This document shows positions 47,400-60,915 of a stretch of 64,000 nt of DNA, one piece after another; positions within the stretch are counted from its first letter, which is position 1, and the number at the start of each line of letters is the position of its first letter. Origin of the DNA: Octopus bimaculoides (Eukaryota); NCBI RefSeq assembly GCF_001194135.2, contig NC_068986.1, positions 70,183,467 through 70,247,466 of the forward strand, given 5' to 3'. The position numbers and the translations under genes are program-made. The notes under the pieces were generated by a model. That model worked only from the letters and a program-made list of their open reading frames with translations, made no database searches and was not told the DNA's origin.

Positions 47400-48350
47400 A
47401 TAGAATCCAAAGACAGAATTAAAATTTTTATGAACACAGTTTTCAAACTGGTGACTAGTCTGGTCCAGACGCTGCTGATAATGGAATCGCAAACATCAAA
47501 AAACATTTTGTTTGGTATTCGTACGCATTCTTCTTTAGAGATTGCTGACATTTTTATACCGTAAACTTTATATTTTAAGCAAGAAAGGATAATGTTGTGA
47601 GGTTCGGTGAATGCGTAGAGTATTCTACTGAACCTCTTCGTCCAATCCACAGCAAGGTAGGCCTTTATATTGCTATGGTAATGTAGTGGCGCCCCCGACA
47701 TGGTGGAAATAGAATTGCACATCTTCAAAGTCTTCTTTTGATGATAAGCCACCTCATACTGTAACTTCCGGTGAATTAACATGATGTTCCTCTGTAATAT
47801 GCAGATCTCAGGTCACCAGTATTTACAATTGTGGAGCCATTTAACTTAATTGAGGTCTCATTACTCCAAACAATCTTTGTTGGAAAATGTGCATCTTCTG
47901 AGCATCATGCTAAGCACCATCTGAAGACCTCCACTCTTCAGAGCCAGTCATCGTCATTGAGAGCAAGAGCTATTCTTGGACTGTAACTTTTCCAATGACA
48001 GCGCTTCAAAGTACATTGTACCCTTGATTTCTGAAATTCCTATCCCATTTTCCGCACAGATTTTCTTGAACTCACGGTAATATGTTTCCAGAACCCTTTC
48101 TTGCTCTGTAGGCCTTCTTGCTTTGCGGTCTTCCGGAACGTTTTTGATGACATTTTCATGAGCCCCTTAAAAAGATACAAACCTATCCTTAATTCAAGTG
48201 ATGGTAAGTTGTGAAGGTAGATCTGTTTAAAACGCCCTTATAAACTGTCTTCTCACTTCGACTGCGTTTTCAAACTTGAGATAATAATATAGGAAAAACT
48301 TCCTTCCTTCAAATCTCAGTCTGATTCCCTTCATTCTTTCTATCAGATGG
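47400..48350 (-). mobile_element. Tc1/mariner (DD37D/maT-like, DUF4817-type HTH) transposase pseudogene
   Basis: RKFFLYYYLKFENAVEVRRQF...[55 protein letters not shown]...EEC..IP..M..DVC.SI, LDQTSHQFE. Confidence 0.85.
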
Positions 48351-48632
48351 GTTAAATCTAAAAAGAAATTAAAATTGAGTTACCTGCAGTTCAAGTGTGT
48401 ATACATAATTTTGTCACATGCGTGTGTGTGTGTGAGTGTGTGCGTGTGTGTGTTCGCGCGTGTATTATACATACTTGTTAACCTTTTTGCAAGTGTATAT
48501 ATTATATATAATCAAGTTATACACACATAATATATATGATACATATGTATCATATATACATTAGATATACCATTTGATAAATATACATATTGCATATATA
48601 TATTATATATATATATATAGAATTATATATTA

Positions 48633-48837
48633 CAGCAACCCCTCGACTATCGCAGGTGTAACATTCCAAAACCTCCCACAGAAATAATTAAAATCTACAA
48701 AAATATAGATACTTATAGGCCGCAGAAACCCAGATATACTGTGGATTCCACGATATAAATTTACATATATTACCCAGAAAAATCTGCGATGTACTGAGTG
48801 CCCGATAGGTGAACCGTGATATGGCGAGGGATTACTG
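48633..48837. mobile_element. Tigger/pogo-like MITE (205 bp) with TA TSD
   Basis: TA|CAGCAACCCCTCGACTATCGC ... GTGATATGGCGAGGGATTACTG|TA imperfect TIRs. Confidence 0.8.
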
Positions 48838-49729
48838 TATATCATATAAGTATATGATATAATTATATATTATGTCATATATATATATATATATGTATGA
48901 CGTTGGACAAGTTTTCTCTCTGTAAAAATTTCTGTTGCAACTTTCATTAATTTATATCTAACTCATCTAAAACTTTGATCCAGGTATATACTTTGAAAAG
49001 TTGCTATTTGTCTGATTGCAAAAACCTTTATACGTATATTATGATTACTGTTTCTGTTTGCGTTCATTGTATCGTCTAAAATTATTTTAACCTTTGCTGT
49101 TCCGCTTGTTCTACCAGATTCGCCAGCCTTTCCTCTGTAATATAAAATCAACTCGCATATACTCACGCGGATCACTTTGGAACTCTTCCCTTATCTATGC
49201 TTTCAGTTTTGAACTTCACCAACCTCGCTAGTCTGAAATTGATTGCAACACCCTTTCTGTATATTGCACCTTACCTTCAAACTAAACTAAACTCTCGTAT
49301 AGTAATGCATTTTTTTAATAATTTGCGTTTAACGCCTGCTGATATCAATGAGAACATTTGATTTCTTTAGTTTTTATTAAAAAAAATGCATCGATCAGTC
49401 GGTTACTTCAGAATCAATCCTCAAAAGTTGATATATTTTCTGCAATATTTGCTTAAATGAATGCTTAAGTAAATAAAACATGTTAAATTTTATAAATATC
49501 CATTTATTTTTCTAATTTGAATACAAACAAACTGACTTGCGCAGATATCCTAAACTAAGACTTACTAGAGCTTGAACGAAAGTGGTAAAATTAATATGAC
49601 CTTTGAGCAAGAATAACATTCAAATTTGGGAAGCCTTCTACATTTTGTTAGATATTTTGTCTACCGAAATTATCTTAAAGATTAAATTATGTGAGGATTA
49701 TTATTCCAGCATTATTTTCTTAGTGATGC

Positions 49730-50320
49730 AGATCAGTGGACAACGAAAGACGCACATTCTTGTGAATCAATGATCGGCTGAAAACATCACCAGCTGCACC
49801 TACCTGGGCTGCAATTATATTAGAGAGTAGATGTCAACTTCAATTATGTTACTGAAGCAGATATCAACTTCAGGATCGGGCATGCAGCAGCAGTGCTCAG
49901 AGGAATCAACAAGATCTGGTCAAGCTCTTCGATTTGTCCATGCAGGAGAAACTTGGAAAATGATTGTCAAGATCATTCAGAGCTTGAATGCATTCTCCCT
50001 ATTGGTGGCTATGCAGAATCACAAACTCTCAAGTGCTAAGAAGAACCAATCCACGCAGCCTTTGGGAGATTGTAGTGGAAAGAAAAATTAGACTTTCAAG
50101 TCATGTTTTACCATTGCCACAAGAACGAATGCCCGAGATAGTTATACAATGAGTACCGCTAGAGAGACGAAAAACAAAAGGGGGAAACCCAAGGATACAT
50201 GGTGCGCCACCTTCGAAGAAGATCTGAAGCGACTTAGAGTCACCAGGGAAAATGCAGGCGACTATGCTCAAAACCGAGATTATCGGAAACGTCTTGTTGT
50301 CCGTGCGGATCTAAGTTTAT
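49730..50320 (+). mobile_element. RTE-clade LINE RT C-terminal fragment
   Basis: ENITSCTYLG..., EADINFRIGHAAAVL..INKIWS and RGKPKDTW..TFEEDLKRL..T.E...YAQNR, with frameshifts. Confidence 0.75.
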
Positions 50321-53300
50321 GACTAAAAATATTATCTAACTATTTATATATTCTGACTTGTTAATATCTAATTCTAGATGTTCTATAATTTCTTCGATAT
50401 ATTTTATATCATGTCTTCCTAAAGTAGCAAATAGAAAGCAATCTTTAAAACTAGGATTTTGTATAGGATATAGTGAAAAAATGTTAAAAATAAAAACAAT
50501 GTTGAGAATCGTGACCATTCAAGCACAAGATTAAAGTGAATAAAAAATGGCAAGATGCAGTTTTGGGAACGTCTCACTTTGACATACTAAAGGTGAGATA
50601 AAGAAGGGTGTTTGACATTTATATAGAGTTTTTCACATTTTGACATTTACAAAACAGAAAGAAATTTTTAATGTTGATGGAGATCTAAATATTCTAATGA
50701 TAAAACAGATAATCTTAATGTAAATGTAACATGCTAAAAAGCAATTTTAAGCTTACTTGAAGTAGCTACTTTTCGCTAGTGGCATGTGTCAAGAAATTTA
50801 TTTGGATTATAATATAGTGAAGCACTGCTTCAATAGTAACTGCTTTCTACATCTGAGACACGAAAATGTTATCAGGCAATCATTTTAAACACCATTGCTT
50901 TGAAAATCGAGGTGGCTTTGCCTGTATCCTTACAACTATTAAACTACAAACAATATTTAAACATGTAGCATTATCATCATCCAGTATTGTTGTTGTGTTT
51001 GCTGTTGTTGTATTTCAAGCCTTCAAACATTTTGCACAGACTGATACACAATTATCAAGCAATAATCAAGTCATTTCACACTTCTATTTTTGAGTTAACG
51101 TCTAAGTTCAAGATTTGTAATGTATTTGACCCTTTATGAAAAGTGAAATATTCTAAGAGAAATCGGGCAGAATTGAAATTCTGTCCACCATTACGTTATT
51201 CTTAATAAAATTCTCTCTCATATTCTGATTCTAAGGCCAAAATTTTCGTCATGCACTTCATCCAAATATCTATCATACATATATCTCAGCAATTAGAATT
51301 TTCCTTCCCACAAGCCGTCGATAACTATTGTTCCACAGGACAACATCCAAAGTATCTATGCTAATTGCGTTGCATTAGAAATTAGAATAGTCCATTATTT
51401 ATCAGAATATTATAGAATTTGCACAGAATGGTACACACCTGATTTTTTACTATGTAAGCAAACAAAATAGACAGTAGTGTTATCTAGTCATTACAAATAT
51501 TGAATAAAATAACAAAGGAAATATTACTGTTAAAATATGTGTATGTGACTGACTGCTTGAATAGAAGAATGAATATTTGCCAACAGATGATTAACTATCT
51601 TTTTGATGTGGTCTAGGACGGGTATGTGTAACATGTATATCCGCAAATGATCAATACTGAATCATTTTCTGGCTTCTGAGGTAAAACTTAGTCTTTGTAA
51701 TGCATATTTTGTCGATTGTCATGTATAGAGTCACATGAGAGATTAAGAGATTGTGAGATCAAGTAATTGCAATGTGTTAGAAGGTTTTTAATTCTGCTAT
51801 TTAGTTGTGTGACTTAAGTAAATGAAATGCAAGATTGTTTCATTTGTGTGAGTAATATTTGTTTTCATGCTGGTGAAGATGTCACATTTTAGTAGTTGCA
51901 CAAATATATTTCGTTATTTGATATCAGCTACTCGTGAATATTGAGTGTTACAACAAAACAGAGATTTAAAATAAAACATTTCTATATAGATTACCATATA
52001 AAATTGATGATACTTTTAAAAACTCCATCAATTCTGTTAGATACAATTGCTTTCCTGGAATAGACGTCTGATAGCAATGATATCTATGTATTTCTTTCAT
52101 AGATAAAAAAAGCAATTATCTCCTTTGTTCAACAACTTGAATCTCAATGCTGTATTTGGCATTAGAGAGAAATTTTCCTCCGCTGTACAACTTCCTCTTT
52201 TTCGAGAGAAACATTATTTTTCTGAATTAATGTGCTTGCTTTTTAATATGTATGTTTTCTGTAAATAGCTTTCCTTTATACCTTAATAAATTCTCGTTTC
52301 TTTATTCATATTTTGGCTTTACGATGAATTCCCCAGCGTTAAATTTATCTCATCGCCTGTTTCACATGTATCGAGCTGAATTAATAGAATAACTTCATGG
52401 CATTACTCTGCATCAGATTATGTTGATTCCGTAAGACTGCATTAAGTTGGTTTAGACATATACAAGCATAAATAGATTAAAACATGCTGAATACTTAAAT
52501 AATAAACTGCATGCATTAATGGAAAGCATATAATGGTCGATTTATCATTCCAAGTAACAGGACTGCGTGACTGATCATAATTACTTTTGGTCACTCTATG
52601 GTGAATGACAAATGGCAGATAATCGCTTTTCTATTCCGATTTACTGTGGAGCGCATCAGAGTTCGATTTGAAATGAACATACCGTTGGGAACAATGTAGT
52701 GAAGTACATTAATAACAAAAGGATGCCGTTGAGACAGCTTAATTGAAAATGAAAGCAGAATCTTGCAGCTATCCCATTACCTGCAAAAACTACATCAGTC
52801 ACCAGATGACATTTTACATAAATAATCAATTTGTATGCTAAGATTTGTATGGAGGATTTTCTAGCAAGAATTATAGTGGAATAAATATTTTCTATTATTT
52901 CAGTATTGTGTATTAAATGAAATTTTATCCATTAGTATACATTCTTTTTAATTTTAATTTTGGATTACAAAAAGTATGGACAAATAATGTTGTTCAAAAT
53001 AAATTTTCTATCATGTATTAATCATATATAATTTTTTAATTACTATGAATGATGTTATCATTTAAATAATAATCATTTCGTACATTCTTGAAGTATTTTT
53101 CGTGTTGGTTTCAGTACGAAAGATAGAAGGGTGAGATAGCCCAGACCAGCGCAGTACTGTTTCATTTATATGTGTATAATATGCTTACTTCTCTTTGTCT
53201 CACATAATCAACGACCATCCTTCAAAATCTAGAAATATATTAAGGATACATTTCCCCTTAAAACCACCAGATCATGTTATCTTACATGTTTAAGCTATAC

Positions 53301-53719
53301 TGTCTTAGGTTTACTAAACTACACAAAAAGAGGACACTTACATTATTAGAAAATCCAAAAGTCAGGTTGACTGGCAAGTCTACTTCTACTGATCAGGTTT
53401 ACACCAACTTAGCATTAGCTGTGTTCCTCTTAATTATTACAGTCCAGTAAATAAAAAACTTTTCTCAAGCGCTATTTTTCAGCTCAATCACCGCATTACT
53501 ATTTCACATCAGAATAGATGTTTTCATACTTCCTGTCGGTGAAAGAAATCAAAGAGACCGTTTATGTATATTTGCAGTATATATTCTTCACAATTATTCT
53601 TCTACAATACTCAAATATTTAAAAGAATTGCTCATTATTCTGCTATATCTCTCATATTGTTCCATAGATATCTTTTAAGATGAATTTGATTAGTCCCTAC
53701 TTCTATGGCTACAAATGCT

Positions 53720-54760
53720 ACGGTAAAACCCTCTTTTCTATACAAATGTCACATATCAGATCGAAGATATAAAAGACGGTATTACTATGGAAGTTGTAGC
53801 TATATAACGGAGGAATAATCAGATTCATCTTTAAAATACAAATGGAACAAATTCATTGTTGGCTTTAGGTTCTCGTAACACAATTAACCTTCATCACTAA
53901 TTCAGTTATCTCTTACTCAGCATCAAGAAGAATTATCTCACCCCATTTTTTTCCTGGAAACATAACACTCGGTGACTTAAATGTTCTCAACTCCTCTTGG
54001 CTCTTGACTTGCCGACACTGCCGGCGCATTGACGAATTTATTTGTCAATCTGAACCGACTGCACAAGTAATCCTACCGACACACTAAATAACACTAAATA
54101 CATCAAACATAGTATGACGCAATTATCACAATCTCCTACTGATTGGATCGTCTGATATTTTCGAATCAACACGTATCCTTTGCTGCATCCTTTGCGCCCC
54201 ATCTGCTGCTTAAAGTTAGCTAACTGGTCGGAATCTACCAGTACTATGTTGACTACGCTTGATTGCAAATCTGGGTCGCTGCAATTATCACAACCAGAGC
54301 CAAATCTATCTTAAATGACACTCTGTCGTCTCAAATAAAAGAAGAACACATAAAATAGTGTAGTTCAAAAATCACCTAAAAGGATTGGATGGCCACAGCT
54401 AGAATACCATCGATCACTGGTCTGCTGAAAAGGGTTTTGAACTAAACAATAATAATTCAGAAATTTATAAGTAATCAAAATGTTTCTAACTTGCTATAGT
54501 ACAGACGAATAACATAACCTACGACACCGAGAATCTACCCACGAAAAAGTCATCAAGATTGATTACCAAATATTCCCACTACGACCACTAGTTCAGACAG
54601 ATGTATTAGGTTTCCTAGGTCTTCTACAGTAACTACAATTATCTTTTTGAACAAGATATCTGCACACTCCATTAACTCTGGTTCATCAGGCACAGCCACA
54701 TCTCAGGTCATCCCAACTGTATCTCCCCTTCTACGTTACAAAATGCCTATTTCTTTCTCC
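53720..54760 (+). mobile_element. Very decayed CR1/L2-group LINE endonuclease region
   Basis: ITLGDLNVLNSSW (cf. GDFN.H..W) and a downstream KKSS-like motif, with numerous stops. Confidence 0.4.
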
Positions 54761-56069
54761 AGAACTCTCTAGTATTCTGTTTCGACCACGTTTTTGATGC
54801 AACTATTTGCATGAGTTATGTTCATATGGGAAGATCTGTAAATTTTATGGTAAGCGCCTCTCCATTTCTGGCTTGCTTATTTTTTGTTTTTTTACCGCTA
54901 CAAGTAACAAACTTTTTGGTCGACGTTTTCAAATAAACACAATCATACCTATTTTATTAGCTTTCTTGATAGACACTTATTTATATTTTACATTTGATTT
55001 ACGGAAGAATTCAATAATAGGAATCATATTTTAAAGATTGCATTTATTGAGTTATTCATAACCTAATCTTCAACTTTAACACTTTTCATGGCAAAGAAAT
55101 ATCGAAAGCCTGTCTGGTTGCAGATTGCTGTCAGTCTTTTGCTAAACTTACATGTTCATATACGGTGGGTTTGAATAGATAAATATTTCTGTCTCAGAAC
55201 TGTTAATATACATATATTTACATTATTCGGAAAGATTTACTTCTTGGAAGCTTCGAATATTTCATTATCTTATCACGTTTCATTTTACATAGCTCTATTT
55301 TAGTGCATAGAAACTTGACGAATTCACAATTGTTCTTTCGTTTATTTAGACGATAAATCATTTTGCTATATTCTTTTTATTTACCGGCTTATTACTGCCA
55401 GGATTTTAAAAGTATTTCTTAAATACCAATATAGAAAGGTCCATATATTCGTGTGCGTGCTGATAAAACAGAGCAAAAGAAAGTTGCGTTTATATATAAG
55501 TGTGTGTGTGTGTGCGTGTTTGTGTGTGTGTGTGTGTGTAGGTTTACAACCGACTGTTGTAAACTTCAGGACTCCAGCTGTTACATTGGTCACATTAGTA
55601 CAACACTCTCTCGTACTCTTATCATGCATTTACAAGCAAAAACTATATCACACATCAGAAAAATAGACAACTACTAGAGAATAACAATGACATACTCTAT
55701 AAAATTGATCTGGGAAGTCACGTTCATATCGCAACACAACGTCATTATAAGCGCTCATGCACACATATTAAAATATTAATCATGACCACTAGCAGAAAAA
55801 CGTAACAGTTAGAAATTTGACTACGAGAAAACAAAATAACGTGATAATAACGTATACAAGAAGCAATGCAGATGCTAAATTTATTTCAATTCTTGAAAAT
55901 AAAACTGTGAGAATCTGGGGATGTCGAAAATGGATTTAGAAACGTTATTATTCCAAACTAGCTGCAAAAATTAAAACTGATTGAAAATACAAAAAAAATC
56001 TAAAATAAAGTTATAACTCGAACACAATCATGTCTTTAATGAAAGATATACACACGCAGACACATGTGT

Positions 56070-56071
56070 GC

Positions 56072-56159
<88 letters not shown>

Positions 56160-56160
56160 A
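56070..56160. repeat. Compound (TA)n(GA)n microsatellite
   Basis: Directly visible. Confidence 0.95.
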
Positions 56161-58112
56161 AGTATCACAGTGAAAAAACAGATAAGAGGAATGATGCGGC
56201 AGAGTAGATGCTTATTCCATTCGTTTGCAGCTGTTTCATAATCTTGTCAGTTACATATACATCTGTCGGAGCAGAGAATGATAGGCATTTCATTAAATTT
56301 ATGCACCTTTGCTGGTACAGTTAGGTTAGGCTCTTTTAGCAGCTACTCTATATGTTCCAGCAGCGCTCCCCTATTGCTGACTACATTTTGATTACAGATA
56401 GTCTTTGTGCAACATGAAATATGTAAATATGTCATTTTGGCAAAATACAATAAAATTTTCTAAGTGTCTGAAGTCCACTATTAATTTTGAATGCCTTTTC
56501 CACTCTGTCTCTTAATAATCCTACTGTGTCGAGTAAGTTTAGCTGTCATTCAGTCACAGCTTCCTACACGTTTGCTCAGTACTTCTAATGTGTTCAAGGC
56601 AAAGAATTTAACAAGAATATCCTCTTATTTTACAATGAATTTGCGAAAGTATAAAAACTAAAACTAAAGAAGATTATTATTGTTAATTTGAGCTTGTGTG
56701 TTTTCTTGTTGCACCTTCTTTTTGAATTTTCTAATAAAAACCAGTGTGTATAGTTACGTAAAACCAGTATAGTTACGTAATGACATATCTCCTTAACATT
56801 TGCTGATATAAATCTGTTTCTTCTCTCGGTTTCAGTTTACATAGCTTAGGTCTCTCTAAATGCTACCACACTTTGATTGATGCCCAAAAAGACTACTTAT
56901 TTTAGAGAGAGAGAGCATATGTTTGTTTATGGTTTGGTCAAATAGCTTCTGTTCAATGTCATCATAAATCTTAAGCATTGCATAAATTGATGTTAAGTAT
57001 GTTTTTCGTATAGTCTAAAATACTGGCAGTAGAAACTTCTTGCTTGTAATATCATCAAATGTTCGTGAAGTGCATATATTCTATCATCCAGTTATGTATT
57101 GTAAATTCTTGAAAATGTATTGAAGAAGACCTTATTCAAAGGGGAAATTTCTATGATTAGCTACCAAATCAATGCCAGTGGTTCCATTTTAAAACCTTTT
57201 AGCTGATTAACACGTTTTAAAATATATTTCCTGGTAGCTGAAATGGTTATTAGAATGTTTGCTGAGAAGAGATTTAGTAACACATCAGCTAAATAGAATT
57301 GCCAAAGCATAAAAATAATTGTAATCTTCATTTTTTCCGTTGGGATTTCTATGCAACAGAAGATATTCATGCTAGTACATGAGCTATGTGTTAGTGAATA
57401 TTTTAACTAACACTTCAAACGTATACGTCGATTCATTATCATCTTGTAGAGTTGCGGATATTTATTGCTCACTTCGTGTTTAGATTCAGTAGAAATTGAT
57501 TTTTTAGATCGGTTTGAAACAATTCAAGACCTAATTATTTGCAAATGGCGTTGATATAAAAATAACACGTACAAATGTAACGTACAACAATGTACTTAGG
57601 GTAAACATGCTTCTGTTGAAAACGATAAATTTAATGAATAATAACAAATACTACAAAAATATGTTATGACTAATATGTAAAATTCATGAACAAATGACTT
57701 AAATAGAAGACTTGTAATACAGATACATTTGAGATTAGTTTGAACATCTGTTCTATGCATTTTGAGTGTAATTTTGTAGACGAGGACTATGCAGAAGCCA
57801 GTAGTGTATTTATAAAATATATATATATTGTGTGTGTGGGGGGGTGCAAGGGTGTGTGTGTGTATTTACCAGTGTAAAACAATGTTTCCGTTGCGTCTCT
57901 TTACACCAAAATTTGCCTTGCCTATCCGGTAGAAATCAATAATATAACTGCCAAAATAGAATGATAGATTAAACCTATTTAAGGCAGTGACCACAACATG
58001 CCCTCATTTCAAAGAGAGGAACCAATAAAAGCATTGTTTGGATATACACTAATTTGAAATCTTTTATGTGTGTGTATGTGTTTGTCTGTCTATTGGTCTG
58101 TTTTCTTGTGTG

Positions 58113-58146
<34 letters not shown>

Positions 58147-58349
58147 TGTCTACAGTATCTTAGACTCGATTAATGAAACCCAGCATATATTTTTACAACT
58201 TTTTGAATAATTAAACAATTTCACTGTCCTCTGCTAAACTATTTAATAGTAATGCATTTATAGTTTTAGAAGTGGTGAGGCTGATCTGAATGCAATCGAT
58301 TTCTTCCAGATGGAGAGAAAGAGAGAGACAAAGAAAGATATAGCGAAAG

Positions 58350-58582
58350 AAATTAATCGACTCCAGGGCAAGACTGGTGCTTTATTTATCAACTTATTTA
58401 TCAACTCTGAAGGATGAACTCCGAAGGGTGAAAGTTAATTTCAGCAGAATTTGAACTCAGAGCTCAGAGAGCTGGAACGATTACAACTCTAACAACACCA
58501 TGGATTGGCTGCGTGCATGCATACATACATACATACATACATACATACATACATACATACATACATACATACATACATACAT
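58350..58582 (-). mobile_element. SINE family B fragment followed by (TACA)n
   Basis: atcgactccagggcaagactggtgctttatttatc...cagaatttgaactcag. Confidence 0.65.
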
Positions 58583-58896
58583 GGCATCTAAACAACATGC
58601 ACACGTTAAGTATGTGATACTCAAAATGTTCACATCATAGATTTACTTCTATAGCGTAATCTGAATTTATTCTTCCTGTGCAGTGCTATTGCACATCATC
58701 AAATAGTTTTTATACTATTTGCATATACTTCAGGATAAATATTTCGATTTCGGTTTGGAAGTGACTTGCGTGCACGACATTCATGAACCGCAATTACTGC
58801 GAAATTCATATTTGCCACCAATGTGATCACATATGGAGCGATATCGTTTCGCCTAGCTCTGACATATATTGTATTTTTTTAATGTTATGCGTCTGA

Positions 58897-59110
58897 AAGG
58901 CGGAGAGCTGACAGAAACGTTAGCACACCGGTCGAAATTTTTAGTGGTATTTCGTCTGCCTTTACGTTCTGAGTTCAAATTCCGCCGAGATTGACTTTGC
59001 CTCTCATCCTTTCGGGGTCGATAAACGAAGTACCAGTTGCATACTGGGTCGGTTTAATCGACTGGTCCCCTCCCCCAAAATTTCGGACTTTGTGCCTAGA
59101 GTAGAAAAGA
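58897..59110 (+). mobile_element. SINE family B, full length
   Basis: aaggcggagagctgacagaaacgttagcac...gagttcaaattccgcc...tttgtgcctagagtagaaaagaat. Confidence 0.9.
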
Positions 59111-60360
59111 ATATGATGCGTCTGAGAGGGATTTTTCTCGGATAGTCAGCCGCATTTCCTGGCGCTTAAAGAACACACGTACTTTAAGTATGCGGCATTG
59201 GTAAGGTTTTCATTACAGAGATGATTCATTGCATAATATGAATATATGCATATAAAATGTTTAATGATTATATACAATATTTTATGAACAACACAGAAAT
59301 TACTAAGGCACTTTTCATGAACTAACAGTGGGTTGTTTACCTCTAGTCTACAGTTAATCGTTAAAAATTTGAGCATATACTCTTGCATATATGTGAGAAA
59401 TCTGCCTTAGTTGTTCGTTTGCATTATCTCGCATAGTAATTCTGCACTAAAATGTTTTGAGTTAATTTAGTTCAATATTTTCTTTCACTGATAAAAAAAA
59501 ATATTATATATTTGAACTCAAGACGTAAAGCCGCGTACAAGAAAACATTTTGTTTCCCTCGCTAGTCACACAATCCCTCCCCATTTTTGGCATTCATGTG
59601 AATTCCTTATACAGGCTGTAGAGGCAAGAAAGCGGGTATGCGAGTTTTTGTTACATATCTATTTGTTACATATTCATATTTGCTCCATGTTTCATTTGGT
59701 TTCTCAGGAGAATAATTTATTGTGTTGCTAATGTTGGTCTCGAAATAATTACAAAATTATCCACGGATATCAATATCTCGCGAGATTTCATCAAACGTCT
59801 CAGTTAATCTTCCTTTAATTTAGATTATAGCTGATTGATTCCACATGAAAAATTTACAACCTAGAAAGCATCTTACAATGGCGTAATTATTAATGCTTCT
59901 TTTTTTATATAGTCTGACCAGAATTTTTCCGACTTGTCAGTTTAATTTTCAGTTTTATCCGTTATAAGCTGTCGAATTTAAAGAAAGCATACGTCGATAT
60001 TTTCCGAGACGTTTTATGATTATCAACTATTTGTTGATTATGGTTGCGTTTCTATAACCCTAGTAGCGGAAAGGTTTTTACCTTATACTGAAAATCCTTA
60101 GGAATGTTACAAATGTTTCACCTTAAAATTACTCTTCTAAAACCAAAACATAGCACTTGTCTATGTAATGCAAAAGAAAATCGAAAAAACTAAAATATTC
60201 AATCCAACCTTGGTGATGTTATTCTTAAGACGAACTGAGATATGAGATGGAGTAAAAGAGCCTAAATCACAAAATCATCCAAAAGTCAATTAAGTCATGT
60301 CTAGCTTCTTCAGATAGGTTATTCAATAAATTACTTTTTTTTAATTACAGTAGAGAAAGT

Positions 60361-60575
60361 AAGGCGACGAGCTACTAGAATCGCTAGCACGCCGGGCGAA
60401 ACGCTTAGCATATTTCGTCTGTCTTTACCTCCTGAGTTCAAATTCCACCGCAGTCGACTTTACCTTTCGTCCTTTCGAGGTCGATAAAATAAGTACCAGT
60501 TGAATACTGATGTCGATGTAATCGACTTGTCCCCTCCCTCGAAGCTATTGGCCTTGTGCCAAAATTTGAAATCAA
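60361..60575 (+). mobile_element. SINE family B, full length
   Basis: aaggcgacgagctactagaatcgctagcacgccgggcgaa...ttgtgccaaaatttgaaatc. Confidence 0.9.
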
Positions 60576-60853
60576 TTAAAGTAGTGAGTTGATAGAAGGA
60601 AACTTGGTAAAAAGTCGGGAGACAGCATACAGGATCTTTTTATTCGGCTCGTCACACTCAGCGTCCAGTACTATAAACTATTGTATGAAATGCACAAAAT
60701 TGTAAACTAGATAGAGGCGTGATATATCTGGGTTTGTAGATCGCATTCAGTCTGTGCATAAAACTACTTAGAACGATATATGCTACAAGTGTTCAGTGCA
60801 AGATGCTCCTTTCTCATATAATATAAACTAATTGCAATGATCGAATTACTAGT

Positions 60854-60915
60854 TGCCTACTAACCACTGACAGAAAAGTCATGAGGACATCTTTTCTGTC
60901 AGTGGCTAGTGGGCA
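60854..60915. ncRNA. Pre-miRNA-like hairpin (candidate)
   Basis: 25-nt arms tgcctactaaccactgacagaaaag / cttttctgtcagtggctagtgggca pair with one G-U and one mismatch around a 12-nt loop. A further 9-bp basal stem is present. Not recognised as a known miRNA. Confidence 0.35.

Noticed and set aside
47390-47782. ORF superficially like a LINE RT (AF..PH..L..K.YGI)
   Set aside because: Read in context it is the frameshifted C-terminus of the adjacent mariner-type transposase (GAP.HY, LK.KVY, HQFE).
57161-57370. 69-aa minus-strand ORF with signal-peptide-like MKITIIFMLWQFYLA
   Set aside because: Hydrophobic peptides arise readily from AT-rich DNA. There is no promoter, splice or homology support.
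59150-59200. 51-nt exon-like frame PHFLALKEHTYFKYAAL (cag|...|gtaagg), plus similar micro-exon candidates at 39179-39218 and near 59620
   Set aside because: Splice-like dinucleotide contexts alone are expected by chance in 64 kb, and no coherent multi-exon protein could be assembled.
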